From positions 3,424,001-3,488,000 of the forward strand of contig OZ244042.1 of assembly GCA_965215015.1 (NCBI GenBank): a stretch of 64,000 nucleotides of DNA, given 5' to 3'. A program made the position numbers and the translations under genes. The DNA comes from Candidatus Poribacteria bacterium. Lineage in GTDB: Bacteria; Poribacteria; WGA-4E; PCPOR2b. Each line of letters opens with the position of its first letter. Positions within the stretch are counted from its first letter, which is position 1. Shown in pieces: positions 49,515 to 60,091 of this stretch. The notes below the pieces were generated by a model. It saw nothing but the letters and a program-made list of their open reading frames with translations. It was not told where the DNA came from and did no database searches.

Positions 49515-50261
49515 CTACTTTGTGGTGTATCCGCCGTCGACTGTCATCACTGAGCCAGTGACATACGATGACTCATCGCTCGCCAAGAATAGGGCGGCAT
49601 AGGCGACCTCTATCGGTTCCGCAAAACGGCCAAAAAGATTTGCCTTGCGATACGGTGCCAGATGTTCCTCTGGGATGTTTGCCGCCATGGGTGTGTTCAT
49701 AGATCCGGGACAGATTGCATTGACCCGGATATGCTCTTGAGCGTGGTCGCACGCCATGGATCTGACTAGCCCGATGACACCGTGCTTGGAGGCATTGTAG
49801 GACGCCTGATTTGGCTGCCCAACAAGGCCTGAAATAGACGAGATACAGATGATGCTCCCGCCACCCTGACGACGCATCTGCGGGATAGCGGCTCTTGAGC
49901 ACAGAAAGGTGCCTTTGAGGTTCACACCCAAGACATAATCCCACTCTTCTTCGGTGGTGTCGGGGACGTTCTTCTCAACCTGCACCCCTGCATTATTGAC
50001 TAAGACATTGATGTGACCGTAGGACTCGACAGCTGCGGCAATCATACCTTCAGCGTCGTTCCTCGTGGAGACATCCGCTCGGACAAAAACCGCGTTGCCT
50101 CCTTCCTTGCGGATAGCGTGCACCGTTTCTTCTCCAGCCTCCATATTGATGTCAGCCACAACGATTTTGGCACCTTCACGGCTGAATAGCGTCGCCATCG
50201 CCTGACCTAATCCCATACCCGAGCCGGTGATAATAGCAACCCTGTCCTTCAGTCGTAACAT
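49515..50261 (-). CDS. SDR family oxidoreductase
   Basis: TGSGMGLG, NNAG, YNASK. Confidence 0.95.
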   Translation of the reverse strand: MLRLKDRVAIITGSGMGLGQAMATLFSREGAKIVVADINMEAGEETVHAIRKEGGNAVFVRADVSTRNDAEGMIAAAVESYGHINVLVNNAGVQVEKNVPDTTEEEWDYVLGVNLKGTFLCSRAAIPQMRRQGGGSIICISSISGLVGQPNQASYNASKHGVIGLVRSMACDHAQEHIRVNAICPGSMNTPMAANIPEEHLAPYRKANLFGRFAEPIEVAYAALFLASDESSYVTGSVMTVDGGYTTK

Positions 50262-50385
50262 TGGCTCTTACCTCCTCTCTGTTCAAAAATGGTTTGGGTT
50301 CATTTAGAGGTGGCTCATGTTAAAAGGAAATGCAAAATACGAAAAGAAATCGAGTTTTCAAAAGACCCGGTTTCTGTTACATGGT

Positions 50386-51975
50386 TTAGAAGTTTGGGAA
50401 CGTCAAGGGTTGGTCGGTAAACACCTTTTCATCCATCGTTGAAACCTCCTCGACGATTGGTTTGAAGCCTATTGGGTTTAGCACGTCGCGTTGGATGTCA
50501 ATCCCCGGCGCAACTTCCTTTAACATAACGCCGCGATTCGTCAATTGAAAGGTGGCGCGTTCCGTGATGTACAACACCTCTTGTCCAGTTTCGCGGGCGT
50601 ATCTACCGCTGAAGGTAATCTGCTCAACCTCCTCGACCAACTTGGGTGCTACACCTTCCTTAACAACCCTGACCCTGCCCTCCTGAATTTCAACTTCTGC
50701 CTTCACGGCGAGTGTGCCGCAGAAAACGACCTTCTTGGCATTCTGGGAGATATCGATGAAACCACCGCAGCCGGGGATACGGTTGCCAAACTTGCTGACG
50801 TTCACGTTGCCGTATCCATCGACTTGGGCATGGGAGAGAAATGCGATGTCGATGCCCCCACCCTGATATGAATCGAACTGGTAGGGCTGATCCAAGATTG
50901 CCATTGGATAAAACATTGCACCGGAATCGAGTCCGCCTGCGGGGATGCCACCCAAGCTACCCTGCTCAATACTGAGGGTAATCTGATCTTTAATCCCGCT
51001 CTCTTCGGCAATCATTCCGACGCCGAAGGGCATGCCGAATCCGAGATTCACGATGGCATTCGGACGTAATTCCAACGCCGCCCGTTTGACGATGACTTTG
51101 CGTTCATCAAGCGACAGTCGTCCCATACTCAGATCGCCGTCACGGGCATCGCCGCACAGTGCCGGATCGAAGTCGATCTGGTAGGTCTGTTTCTGATCTG
51201 GGGCAAGGACAATAGCATCGACAAGAATACCGGGGATTTTGACCATACGGGGATCGATACCGCGTTTCCCAACCGTCCGCTTAACCTGTGCGATGACCTT
51301 CCCCCCGGAATTCCTCGCCGCCTGTGCAACCGATAGCATCTCGAAATAGGCCGCTTCATCCTCCATTGAAATATTGCCGTCGGGGTCGGCGGTGGTGCCG
51401 CGGATAAAAGCGACATTGACGGGGAAGCTGTGGTACAGCAGATACTCCTTGTCTCGCAACGTTACCACTTCGACCAGATCTTCCGTTGTCCGTGCGTTGA
51501 GTTTACCGCCTTCGATTCGGGGGTCTGCGAATGTGTGCAAGCCGACATGAGTCACGTAGCCCGGCGCACCGGCGGCGATGCTCCGCATCAAGCATGACAA
51601 CGCCCCCTGCGGGAGGTTGTACGCCTCGGTTTTGTTTTCGATGGCGAGTTTCGCCATTGGGGGCGACATTCCCCAATGCCCGCCGATGTCCCGTTTAATT
51701 AGGCGCGGGTCAGCGAGATGTCCCAAGCCGAGTTCGCCCTGATCGCCCATGCCGCTGATGTGAACGACTGTCAGGTCGCGTGGCTGCAGCGTTGACCGGA
51801 ATCGTCCCCCCAGTGCCTTGATGAGCGATTCGGGGATGGCATGTCCTGCGCCGCTCCCTCCGATAACGAGGGTATCCCCACTTTGTACTATCTGTACAGC
51901 TTCTTCTGCGGTGATAATTGGTTTTATCATTTTGATGACTCCTGAAAGCCAGCGTTGATTACGGTCAGAGACCAA
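50386..51975 (-). CDS. acyl-CoA:acetate/propionate CoA-transferase (YdiF-like)
   Basis: EAYNLPQG, NLGFG, EQG, GCGGFIDISQ, YITERA. Confidence 0.9.
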   Translation of the reverse strand: MVSDRNQRWLSGVIKMIKPIITAEEAVQIVQSGDTLVIGGSGAGHAIPESLIKALGGRFRSTLQPRDLTVVHISGMGDQGELGLGHLADPRLIKRDIGGHWGMSPPMAKLAIENKTEAYNLPQGALSCLMRSIAAGAPGYVTHVGLHTFADPRIEGGKLNARTTEDLVEVVTLRDKEYLLYHSFPVNVAFIRGTTADPDGNISMEDEAAYFEMLSVAQAARNSGGKVIAQVKRTVGKRGIDPRMVKIPGILVDAIVLAPDQKQTYQIDFDPALCGDARDGDLSMGRLSLDERKVIVKRAALELRPNAIVNLGFGMPFGVGMIAEESGIKDQITLSIEQGSLGGIPAGGLDSGAMFYPMAILDQPYQFDSYQGGGIDIAFLSHAQVDGYGNVNVSKFGNRIPGCGGFIDISQNAKKVVFCGTLAVKAEVEIQEGRVRVVKEGVAPKLVEEVEQITFSGRYARETGQEVLYITERATFQLTNRGVMLKEVAPGIDIQRDVLNPIGFKPIVEEVSTMDEKVFTDQPLTFPNF

Positions 51976-52303
51976 GAGTCTCCGACTAGCTATATACCTG
52001 TCGCCCCGCTAGGGCTATTCGGGCAGGATGCCCGACCTACGGGTGTGATGTGTTTTGATACACATTGCGCTCCTCTAGCGCGCGGGGTTGCAGGTGTTAC
52101 GGTTTTATAGACATAGTGCTCCGTTGGAGCGATGGGACATTTGGTTTGCTGAAGGCATCCCTATCCCTAAATTCCCCGTAATGGGTATGCCAACTCGTGG
52201 GTCTTGGAAACCAAGCCCCTGAGATTTACCTCGCCCGAATTTAGCGATGATGTTCCCTTTAATTACATTCACCTGATTGATTAAATGACGTGTCAAACTG
52301 GTT

Positions 52304-54406
52304 TTATGCTTCCACACAGTGTATAACCGCAACTTCCCAAGGCTCGATGACAAGCTGGAGTGCACCATCTGTAATTGACACATCCCGATGAGTCAACAGG
52401 TTATGGGCATAGTTCGTCCTCCATTTGGGACGTAGGGTGACATGCGCCTGCCGCGGTTCAACGTTGAAAGCAAACAGCAGCCACCCGCCACGACGCGATT
52501 TTCGCACAATCGTCACCACGCGGTCTCCTCCGACTGATACTGCGGGGTATATTCCAAACTCCTCCGTCAGTCCAAGAACCAGGTCGGCCTGCCCTATATT
52601 CCCGAATCCCGCCGACAGTGTGAAGCCGAACCATGTGAAACGCCGATCCCCGGTCTGCACGGCTACGGTATCGTCGCCCAGAGACGCTATGGACCGGGTA
52701 TCGTTACGCGGTTCTAGAATAGCATACCCACACGGTGTCGAGACAGTTACTTGCCCGTAGGAGGTTTCGACGATATTCCGTCCACTCTCAATGTCGTGTG
52801 GGGTGACCGCCGAGAAGTCCGCCACCCTCACACCGAACCGGGCGGCGAACCCTTCCGGCGGCCGATAGCTGGATTGTCCATCGGCAGAGTACATACCGAA
52901 ACTTCCCTCCGCCACGAAATGTGTTTCTGGGCTTTCCAATAACGTCCGTTCAATCCATTCCTGTGTCTCTGCGTTCATCAGTGTGACGTTGGGTAGAAAC
53001 AGCATCCGGTATCCCGACCAGTCCATCCGCGGTGTGATAATATCCGTAGAAATGCCATGCCCCCAGAGCGTCCGGTACACACCACGCAGATCTGCCAAGA
53101 AACGGTCGGATTCGTCGTTATAGCTGAAAAGTTCTTGCGATTCGGGGTGATATACAATGCCTACGTCGGCCCGTGGACATTCCAACGGCAGGTGTTCGGC
53201 GAATCCTTCAATCTGCGCGATAGCACGCGCGACCGCATCGAAACGGGCTGTCGGCTCACCGTCCAGTGAAACTAAGTTGTAGCCGGGTGACTCGAAACTG
53301 AGATATTCGGGGCGATATTGCCAGAACATCGTCCCCGCGGCGCCGCTCGCTAAGGTCATCCAGAGCAGCGTAGTCAGTTCTCGCGGATCGGATTGCTTTT
53401 TCCATGTGACGCCGCCTCTCGACATGCCTGCGTAGATTTCTTCATTCCACCAACGTCCGTTGCGTCCGGCACTCCGCGCCCAGTCGAAACTGAACGCTCG
53501 ATCCGCAATCTGGTAAGGGTCATCTGATGTGAGTAGATTGTTAGATGGCATTGACATCCCCCAGCTATCCACAATCCGCGCACATCGCTCATCCCAAGTT
53601 CGTGGAGACCAGCCACCGTGTGATCGCACCTCATGATAGGGGTCAATTCCCTTGACTTCGTCCACCATCCATTGCAGATGATTTGCCAAGTTTTCATAGT
53701 GAAATTCGCGGTAGAGCAGCATCTCAACGACATTCTGATCGGATCGGGGCGGCTCCACATCTTCCCAACGGCGGTAGCGGCGTGAGAAACGGGTATTAAG
53801 GGCGTCCAGCGTGAATCGCTCGCGCAGCCACTCTTTGTACTTAGCAATCGTGTTTTCGCAGTAGCACGGGTAGCCATCGCTATCTCGACTCCACACCGAT
53901 GCCAAGTTGACCCCATCCCAGAGTCCCCAGATTAGTAGGTTGGAACGGTCCTTGTAGCGGTGAACGACATGGCGCAACAGTCCACCGCCATACTCGCGCC
54001 AAGCGGGATGGTCATAGCAGTGGATCATCGCACCTTGGGGATAGGCGGGCCCTGCGTGTGCCTCCGCGCGTTGACCACGGTAGTTGACGACCCGCATATC
54101 AGGATGCTCACGGGTCAACCACTCCGGGCACGCGCCGTGTGTTCCCAGCACGATGTCGATCCAGACGGACAATCCGTGTTTTTCTGCCAAATCGAACAGG
54201 AGGTCGAAGTCATCCAATTCGTAGAGGCCCGGGCGTGGTTCCATCCAGTTCCAGTAAGTAAAACTGCGTACAATCCGGAAACCTGCTGCGCTCAATCGGT
54301 CGAAGTCTTTATCCCAGCAGTCGGGCTTGGGAGTGGGTGCACGGTAGTACTCGACCCCGACGGGAAATGGAGTCTTCGGATGTTCAAAACATTTTGTGGT
54401 AGGCAT
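52304..54406 (-). CDS. GH42-like beta-galactosidase
   Basis: GVEYY, W..MEP.PG.Y, CY.HP, CYC, FWQYR, trimerisation-domain-like C-terminus. Confidence 0.8.
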   Translation of the reverse strand: MPTTKCFEHPKTPFPVGVEYYRAPTPKPDCWDKDFDRLSAAGFRIVRSFTYWNWMEPRPGLYELDDFDLLFDLAEKHGLSVWIDIVLGTHGACPEWLTREHPDMRVVNYRGQRAEAHAGPAYPQGAMIHCYDHPAWREYGGGLLRHVVHRYKDRSNLLIWGLWDGVNLASVWSRDSDGYPCYCENTIAKYKEWLRERFTLDALNTRFSRRYRRWEDVEPPRSDQNVVEMLLYREFHYENLANHLQWMVDEVKGIDPYHEVRSHGGWSPRTWDERCARIVDSWGMSMPSNNLLTSDDPYQIADRAFSFDWARSAGRNGRWWNEEIYAGMSRGGVTWKKQSDPRELTTLLWMTLASGAAGTMFWQYRPEYLSFESPGYNLVSLDGEPTARFDAVARAIAQIEGFAEHLPLECPRADVGIVYHPESQELFSYNDESDRFLADLRGVYRTLWGHGISTDIITPRMDWSGYRMLFLPNVTLMNAETQEWIERTLLESPETHFVAEGSFGMYSADGQSSYRPPEGFAARFGVRVADFSAVTPHDIESGRNIVETSYGQVTVSTPCGYAILEPRNDTRSIASLGDDTVAVQTGDRRFTWFGFTLSAGFGNIGQADLVLGLTEEFGIYPAVSVGGDRVVTIVRKSRRGGWLLFAFNVEPRQAHVTLRPKWRTNYAHNLLTHRDVSITDGALQLVIEPWEVAVIHCVEA

Positions 54407-54547
54407 CTGGTATCTCCTGTATATCTATTTTAGTGTATTGGTTCGTCAATAAATTAGTTCATCGAGCAACAGGACATGGACTCATAAACGAATCAACTTC
54501 CATTGGGTTAGTGGTAACTTGGGTTATCTAACTCGCTATTTGCGTTG

Positions 54548-54576
54548 TTGACAGGAATTCAGGTCCCTGTTATACT
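54548..54576 (+). promoter_or_regulatory. sigma70 promoter
   Basis: TTGACA-17 bp-TATACT. Confidence 0.7.
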
Positions 54577-54723
54577 GAGTCAAACCAACGATTGAGAACC
54601 AGTACCGCCCATCGTTCCATCGGTATTTTTGGGCGGCTATATCCCGCGTCACTTTTGTAGGGGCAGGTTTTGTGTCTGCCCAAAGCAGGCAACTACAAGG
54701 GTTGCTGTTTAGGAGGAGAAATT

Positions 54724-55389
54724 ATGAAGCTTATCCTCGTCGGCTGTGAATATGCCGGTAAGACAACGTTAGCCAATGAAATTGTGAAATGGATTGACAG
54801 CACACTGGGTGGTGCTCGCGGCTTCCATGACCATTTTACCATCCCCTCTTCTGAATTAACAGCAGAAGATCGGGATCAATTTATGGCACTGAGTCCGCGG
54901 CTCAAGGAGATGTTCCAGCGTTATATTATTGAGTATCATCTTCAACCTGCGTTTTATGCTGATCCGGACCACAACATGACAGGTTTTCATATTGAGGAGG
55001 CGGTCTATGCGCCGTTGTATTATGGTTACGGTGGCAAAGGCGAATATGCCGAGCGCACGACGTTAGCGCGAGCGGTGGAGAAAACGATTATGAAGGAAGC
55101 ACCTGATACGGTGCTTATCCTGCTCAAAGCGTCAGCCGAAGTCATCGCGCAACGGCTGCGAGAAAATCCACAACCGCTCGGTGTCCTACAGGAGAAGGAT
55201 ATCGAATATGTCCTACAACGGTTCGACGAGGAGTACCAAGCCTCGCTAATCCGTAGAAAGTTTAGCCTTGATACCACAACGGCAACTGTGGAGGAAACCC
55301 TCTCCGAATTTGCCGAGCAGATTGAGCTGTACCTGTCGGATGCGGACCGCCTGCGGATGCTCGCTCATCAGGCTTTACAGGCGAAATGA
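54724..55389 (+). CDS. P-loop nucleotide-kinase-like protein
   Basis: ILVGCEYAGKTT; AGGAGG RBS. Confidence 0.7.
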   Translation: MKLILVGCEYAGKTTLANEIVKWIDSTLGGARGFHDHFTIPSSELTAEDRDQFMALSPRLKEMFQRYIIEYHLQPAFYADPDHNMTGFHIEEAVYAPLYYGYGGKGEYAERTTLARAVEKTIMKEAPDTVLILLKASAEVIAQRLRENPQPLGVLQEKDIEYVLQRFDEEYQASLIRRKFSLDTTTATVEETLSEFAEQIELYLSDADRLRMLAHQALQAK

Positions 55390-56279
55390 GTTTAAAAGGA
55401 AAATCTATGAAACGTCTGGCTTATGCAATCGCTGCGACGCTTGCCGTTTTTATGTGTGTTGCTGCTTGGGCACCAATGGATTTCGCAAGGATTAAAATTA
55501 AAACCACTCACGTTGCCGGCAACATCTATATGCTGGAAGGGGCTGGTGGGAATATCGGCGTATCGGTGGGACCTGACGGAATTCTGCTCGTTGACGACCA
55601 ATTCGCGCCGCTGGCGGAAAAGATTCGGAACGCGCTCAAAGAACTGGGGGAGGGTCCGTTAAAATTTCTGATCAATACCCACTTCCACGGTGATCACACC
55701 GGCGGCAACGTCGTCTTCGGAGCTGAGGTGCCCATCATCTCTCATGCCAATGTCCGAAAACGGCTGCAGATGAAATCTCCGCCTAAAGAAGCCTTGCCGG
55801 TTGTCACATTCGATGATTCGTTGTCTATTCACTTCAACGGTGAAGATATTCGCGTTATTCACTTTCCAAATAGTCATACGGATGGGGACAGCGTCATTTT
55901 CTTCACCGGATCGAACGTTGTGCATATGGGAGATCTCTTTTTCTCGGGTCGATTTCCCTATATTGATTTGGACAGCGGCGGGGATGTGGAGGGATTAATA
56001 AAGCATATTGAGGTGCTCTTAACCGAACTCCCATCTGATGTGAAGCTGATTCCGGGACACGGTCCACTTTCGGATATTGGTGACCTCAAGACTTATCACC
56101 AGACGCTTGTGGCGACAATGGATATAGTTCGAGATCAGATAGAAGCAGGGGAAAGTCTGGATAAAATTAAAGCGGCGGGACTTCCCAAAAAGTGGCGTTC
56201 TTGGGGAAGCGGTTTCATCTCGATGGGACGCTGGATTGAAATTGTCCACCGGAGTCTGACGAAAGAGCGTAAAGGGTAA
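55386..56279 (+). CDS. MBL-fold metallo-hydrolase (cyclase family)
   Basis: THFHGDHTGGN, HTDGD, GD, PGHG. Confidence 0.92.
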   Translation: MSLKGKSMKRLAYAIAATLAVFMCVAAWAPMDFARIKIKTTHVAGNIYMLEGAGGNIGVSVGPDGILLVDDQFAPLAEKIRNALKELGEGPLKFLINTHFHGDHTGGNVVFGAEVPIISHANVRKRLQMKSPPKEALPVVTFDDSLSIHFNGEDIRVIHFPNSHTDGDSVIFFTGSNVVHMGDLFFSGRFPYIDLDSGGDVEGLIKHIEVLLTELPSDVKLIPGHGPLSDIGDLKTYHQTLVATMDIVRDQIEAGESLDKIKAAGLPKKWRSWGSGFISMGRWIEIVHRSLTKERKG

Positions 56280-56307
56280 TACAGAACTGCGGATTCATAA
56301 TGATCAA

Positions 56308-56350
56308 ACCCGATGAAAAGGGGACTGAAATTATGAAAAAGGGACTGAAA
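56308..56350 (+). repeat. orphan partial CRISPR repeats
   Basis: ACCCGATGAAAAGGGGACTGAAA (23/23 to the array repeat), then ATGAAAAAGGGACTGAAA (17/18). Confidence 0.8.
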
Positions 56351-56720
56351 AACGCAGATTTCGCAGATAAAAACAGCGGTTCATGTAAAGAAGTAGGACT
56401 TACGCAGTTGAACGCTCCATGCCTAAAGGACCGGATATGCATCCCGATCCTTTAGGTGTAGGAGCACGTCAAAAAATGGTGTTATTGAAAGGCGGAACCG
56501 CTATTGGCATTAATAACATTGGTTTTGAACTGTTCAATATACAGTAGTAGGCACGTTCCGCTGTGCTGTTACCCCTCTCAAATCCCGAATACCCCACGGT
56601 TCTTTTCCCCTAAGCCCCTCCACCGGGTTGCGTCCCCGCTTGCGGGGGGTGGGGGGCCTTAGCGGGAGGAAGGGGGGGACGGCATACGGTGTGTGCCTAC
56701 TACTAGCAACTTGAGTCATT

Positions 56721-58121
56721 CTATAGGTTGTAGCCGCTTTCATTGTGGAGAGAGAGGTCTAGTCCTTCTCGCTCGTCGTTGTATTTGACGCGTAAACCAA
56801 CTGTTCTATCAACAACCTTGAGAATGATGAAGGAGACAATCCCGCTCCAAAGTATAGTCACAACGATGCTGATAAACTGACTGACAAGTTGTTGACCAAT
56901 ATTTATGTCTGCCAGCCCACCTAATCCCTTTGCAGCGAATATGCCGGTCAACAAGCAGCCAACAATACCACCGACGCCGTGTACGCCAAAGGCATCGAGT
57001 GAATCGTCGTATCCGAGGCGCCGCTTGAGGCTGGTTGCACCCCAAAAACAGATTACACCTGAAGCCAACCCGATGACCAACGCGCCTGGTGGCCCAACGC
57101 TGCCGGATGCCGGCGTAATTGCCACAAGCCCTGCGACAGCACCGGTGACAATCCCCAGTACGCTTGGCTTGCCGTGCTTTATCCACTCAACAAACATCCA
57201 AGCCAATGCGGCAGTGCCTGTAGAGATTTGCGTTACCAGCATTGCCATCCCCGCCGCACCATCAGCGGCCAAAGCACTGCCAGCATTGAAACCGAACCAG
57301 CCTACCCAGAGCATAGAGGCACCAATGACTGTCAGAGTCAAGTTGTGAGGCGGCATGGGGGTCTCCGGGTAGCCGAGGCGTTTGCCAATTAATAATGCGG
57401 CAACCAGAGCAGCAACACCCGCGTTAATGTGTACCACCGTTCCGCCTGCAAAATCGAGTGCGCCCAACACATCTCCAAAGTATGAGCCATCCCCGCTCCA
57501 CGTCATGTGGCAAATTGGCGCGTACACAATTATAGACCAGATTCCCATGAACCATAGCATGGCGGAGAATTTCATTCGTTCGGCGAAGGCACCTGCAATC
57601 AGTGCCGGTGTGATGATGGCAAAGGTCAACTGGAAGCAGATAAATACTGTTTCCGGGATAGTACCTGATACACTATCCACATTCACACCACGAAGGAAAG
57701 CCTTGCCAAATCCGCCGAAAAATGAATGGGCATTGGTCACTTTCATCGCCATACCTGTTGTATCAAAGGCGATACTGTAGCCAATCACAATCCATATAAT
57801 GGTAATTAGCCCGGTCAGCGAAAAACACTGCATCAATAGCGATAGGACATTTTTGGTGCGCACGAGTCCGCCATAGAAAAGGGCAAGACCGGGAATGGTC
57901 ATGAATAGGACCAGTGCTGTTGATGTAAGCATCCAGGCGGTGTCGCCCGAATCGAGCGCGGCTTCAGCCAAAGCAAGTTTCGGGAGTGCTAAGAACATCA
58001 GTACCAACAGCATTCCTATAGCAACTCTGGGCTTACCGTGTCTTAAAAACCTTCTAGGTTTTACTATATGTTTTTGAAACCTATACACATTCTGTGGTTG
58101 TTGGTGCATTTTGACCTCCAT
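56721..58121 (-). CDS. amtB: ammonium transporter (AmtB type)
   Basis: GDTAW, PGLALFYGG, DFAGGTVVH, WFGFNAGS, DDSLDAFGVHG. Confidence 0.95.
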   Translation of the reverse strand: MEVKMHQQPQNVYRFQKHIVKPRRFLRHGKPRVAIGMLLVLMFLALPKLALAEAALDSGDTAWMLTSTALVLFMTIPGLALFYGGLVRTKNVLSLLMQCFSLTGLITIIWIVIGYSIAFDTTGMAMKVTNAHSFFGGFGKAFLRGVNVDSVSGTIPETVFICFQLTFAIITPALIAGAFAERMKFSAMLWFMGIWSIIVYAPICHMTWSGDGSYFGDVLGALDFAGGTVVHINAGVAALVAALLIGKRLGYPETPMPPHNLTLTVIGASMLWVGWFGFNAGSALAADGAAGMAMLVTQISTGTAALAWMFVEWIKHGKPSVLGIVTGAVAGLVAITPASGSVGPPGALVIGLASGVICFWGATSLKRRLGYDDSLDAFGVHGVGGIVGCLLTGIFAAKGLGGLADINIGQQLVSQFISIVVTILWSGIVSFIILKVVDRTVGLRVKYNDEREGLDLSLHNESGYNL

Positions 58122-58400
58122 TTGGGTTTAGACGATCATTACCTGCTTGAAAACAGTTTCAGACTTCTCGTCAGGCAGTATAACACCATAGGTTTCAAAA
58201 GTAAACAGAAATTTTTCGATTTTATCTAATCTTGTTGACAAGACCCCACAGCCCAAACCCTTTAATTTGACCGCTATTGGGACGGGTCAGAATCCCTAAC
58301 CCTTTAGGGTATGGGAGTAGGTCAATTTAGTCGTATCGGAAGCGAGTGACTCAGTGGCGTTTACGCCACCGTACCAAATGCCTGTTGATTTTTCTCGAAT

Positions 58401-58457
58401 AAAAAAAGGCGTTCATTTGTCGCTATTCCACCAGCGACGAATGGACGCCTTTGTCCA
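58401..58457 (-). terminator. intrinsic terminator overlapped by an ANTAR-like hairpin
   Basis: TGGAC-AAAGGC-GTCCA hairpin overlaps the 5' arm of the long stem ending GAACGCCTTTTTTT. Confidence 0.65.
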
Positions 58458-58560
58458 CATCGAAGTCTTATTGGCCTCAGTTATTCAAGGAGGAACTGAT
58501 AAGTTGTGGTATATTCGTAAGCGTTCAGATATAGCTTTTACTTCAACGTTTATCTATCTT

Positions 58561-59928
58561 CTAGTTAATGGAAGATATTGTAAAATCTGGATACGCGTTT
58601 GCACCGTGTTCTCCGTAATCCAATCCAGCCAACTCTTCTTCTTCACTAACGCGCAACCCGACGATAGCTTTGATACCGTAAAATAGGATAAAGCCTGTTA
58701 CCATACACCACACAAACACGGCAGCAACACCAATGAATTGGGCACCGAAGAACTTGAAAGCTGCGCCTTTATCCGCTGCGTAGAGAATTCCTTGCTCTGT
58801 GTGGAACAGTCCAAGCAAGAGCGTTCCCAAAGCCCCGCAAGTGCCGTGTACAGAAATTGCGCCAACCGGGTCATCAATTCTTAGGTTTTCAAGTATCAGT
58901 ACCGAAAATACGACCACAATACCTGCAATCCCACCAATAATTATTGCCGCTACTGGTGTAACAAACGCACACGGTGCAGTAATCGCAACGAGTCCGGCAA
59001 GTGCGCCGTTGAGTGCCATACCGGCATCCGGTTTCTTGAGTTTGAACCAAGCGGTTATCATGGCTAGAATTGCGCCCGCTGCGGCAGCGATGTTTGTCGT
59101 TACAGCGATTAGGGCGATGGGTTTTGCGTCTGCCCCCATCTGGCTACCTGAATTAAAGCCAAACCATCCAAGCCATAGGATGAATACACCGAGTGCTGCT
59201 AACGGCAGGTTATGTCCGGGAATCGGACGGGGCCTTCCATTTGCGTCATATTTGCCTGTGCGAGCACCGAGTACGATTGCGCCTGTTAAAGCGAGCCAGC
59301 CACCGGTTGAGTGGACGACTGTAGATCCCGCAAAATCCAACATTCCTAGATTCGCCAGCCAACCGCCTCCCCAGATCCAGTGTCCGACGATTGGATAGAT
59401 TAAACCAGTAATAAAGATGCTATAGATTAGATAGCTTCTGAACTTGGTGCGTTCAGCCATTGCACCGGAAACGATTGTCGCTGCGGTGGCAGCGAAGACC
59501 AGTTGGAATAACCAGGCAGAGAGCGTTGGGACAGAACTCCACTCCAGTGCGCTGAAACCTTTCGTCTCTGCTGAGATAAACCATCCACTCAATCCGAGGA
59601 AGCTATTGCCATCGCCAAACATAATTGCGAATCCGATCGCCCAGTAAGCAATAGACCCCATCGAGAAATCCATCAAATTTTTCATCAAGATATTGACAGC
59701 ATTTTTCGCACGGGTAAATCCCGCTTCGACCATGGAAAATCCCGCCTGCATAAAGAAAACCAGACAGGCGGCAACCAATACCCAGATGGTGTCAGCAATA
59801 TACTTTGAAGTTTCAATCTTTTCACCTTCGACAAAGCCATCTAAGGCGAAAGCGTTCATACCTAGACATAGCGTCACAATCAGAACAATTCCTGCAATCC
59901 TGTAATCGCTCAGAGGGAATTTTTTCAT
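58561..59928 (-). CDS. amt: ammonium transporter (second clade)
   Basis: FFMQAGF..VEAG, DFAGSTVVH, WFGFN, DDPVGAISVHG; AAGGAG RBS. Confidence 0.95.
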   Translation of the reverse strand: MKKFPLSDYRIAGIVLIVTLCLGMNAFALDGFVEGEKIETSKYIADTIWVLVAACLVFFMQAGFSMVEAGFTRAKNAVNILMKNLMDFSMGSIAYWAIGFAIMFGDGNSFLGLSGWFISAETKGFSALEWSSVPTLSAWLFQLVFAATAATIVSGAMAERTKFRSYLIYSIFITGLIYPIVGHWIWGGGWLANLGMLDFAGSTVVHSTGGWLALTGAIVLGARTGKYDANGRPRPIPGHNLPLAALGVFILWLGWFGFNSGSQMGADAKPIALIAVTTNIAAAAGAILAMITAWFKLKKPDAGMALNGALAGLVAITAPCAFVTPVAAIIIGGIAGIVVVFSVLILENLRIDDPVGAISVHGTCGALGTLLLGLFHTEQGILYAADKGAAFKFFGAQFIGVAAVFVWCMVTGFILFYGIKAIVGLRVSEEEELAGLDYGEHGANAYPDFTISSIN

Positions 59929-60074
59929 TTTTTTCTCCTTATAGGTGGGCACCTTCGTCGGCGTATTGTAAATTATCCGTAAAGCGGCGGAAAGATTAAC
60001 GAAAGGCTGTAGCACTTAAATCCTTTATCTTTCCAATGCCAAGAACCGAATCTTGACCCTAATAATCAATCGTA

Positions 60075-60091
60075 GGCAAAAAAAATGCCAG
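60075..60091 (-). promoter_or_regulatory. sigma54 promoter of the amt genes
   Basis: CTGGCATTTTTTTTGCC (GG-N10-GC); NtrC-like TGC-N11-GCA site at 60224-60240 and a related site at 60247-60263. Confidence 0.65.
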
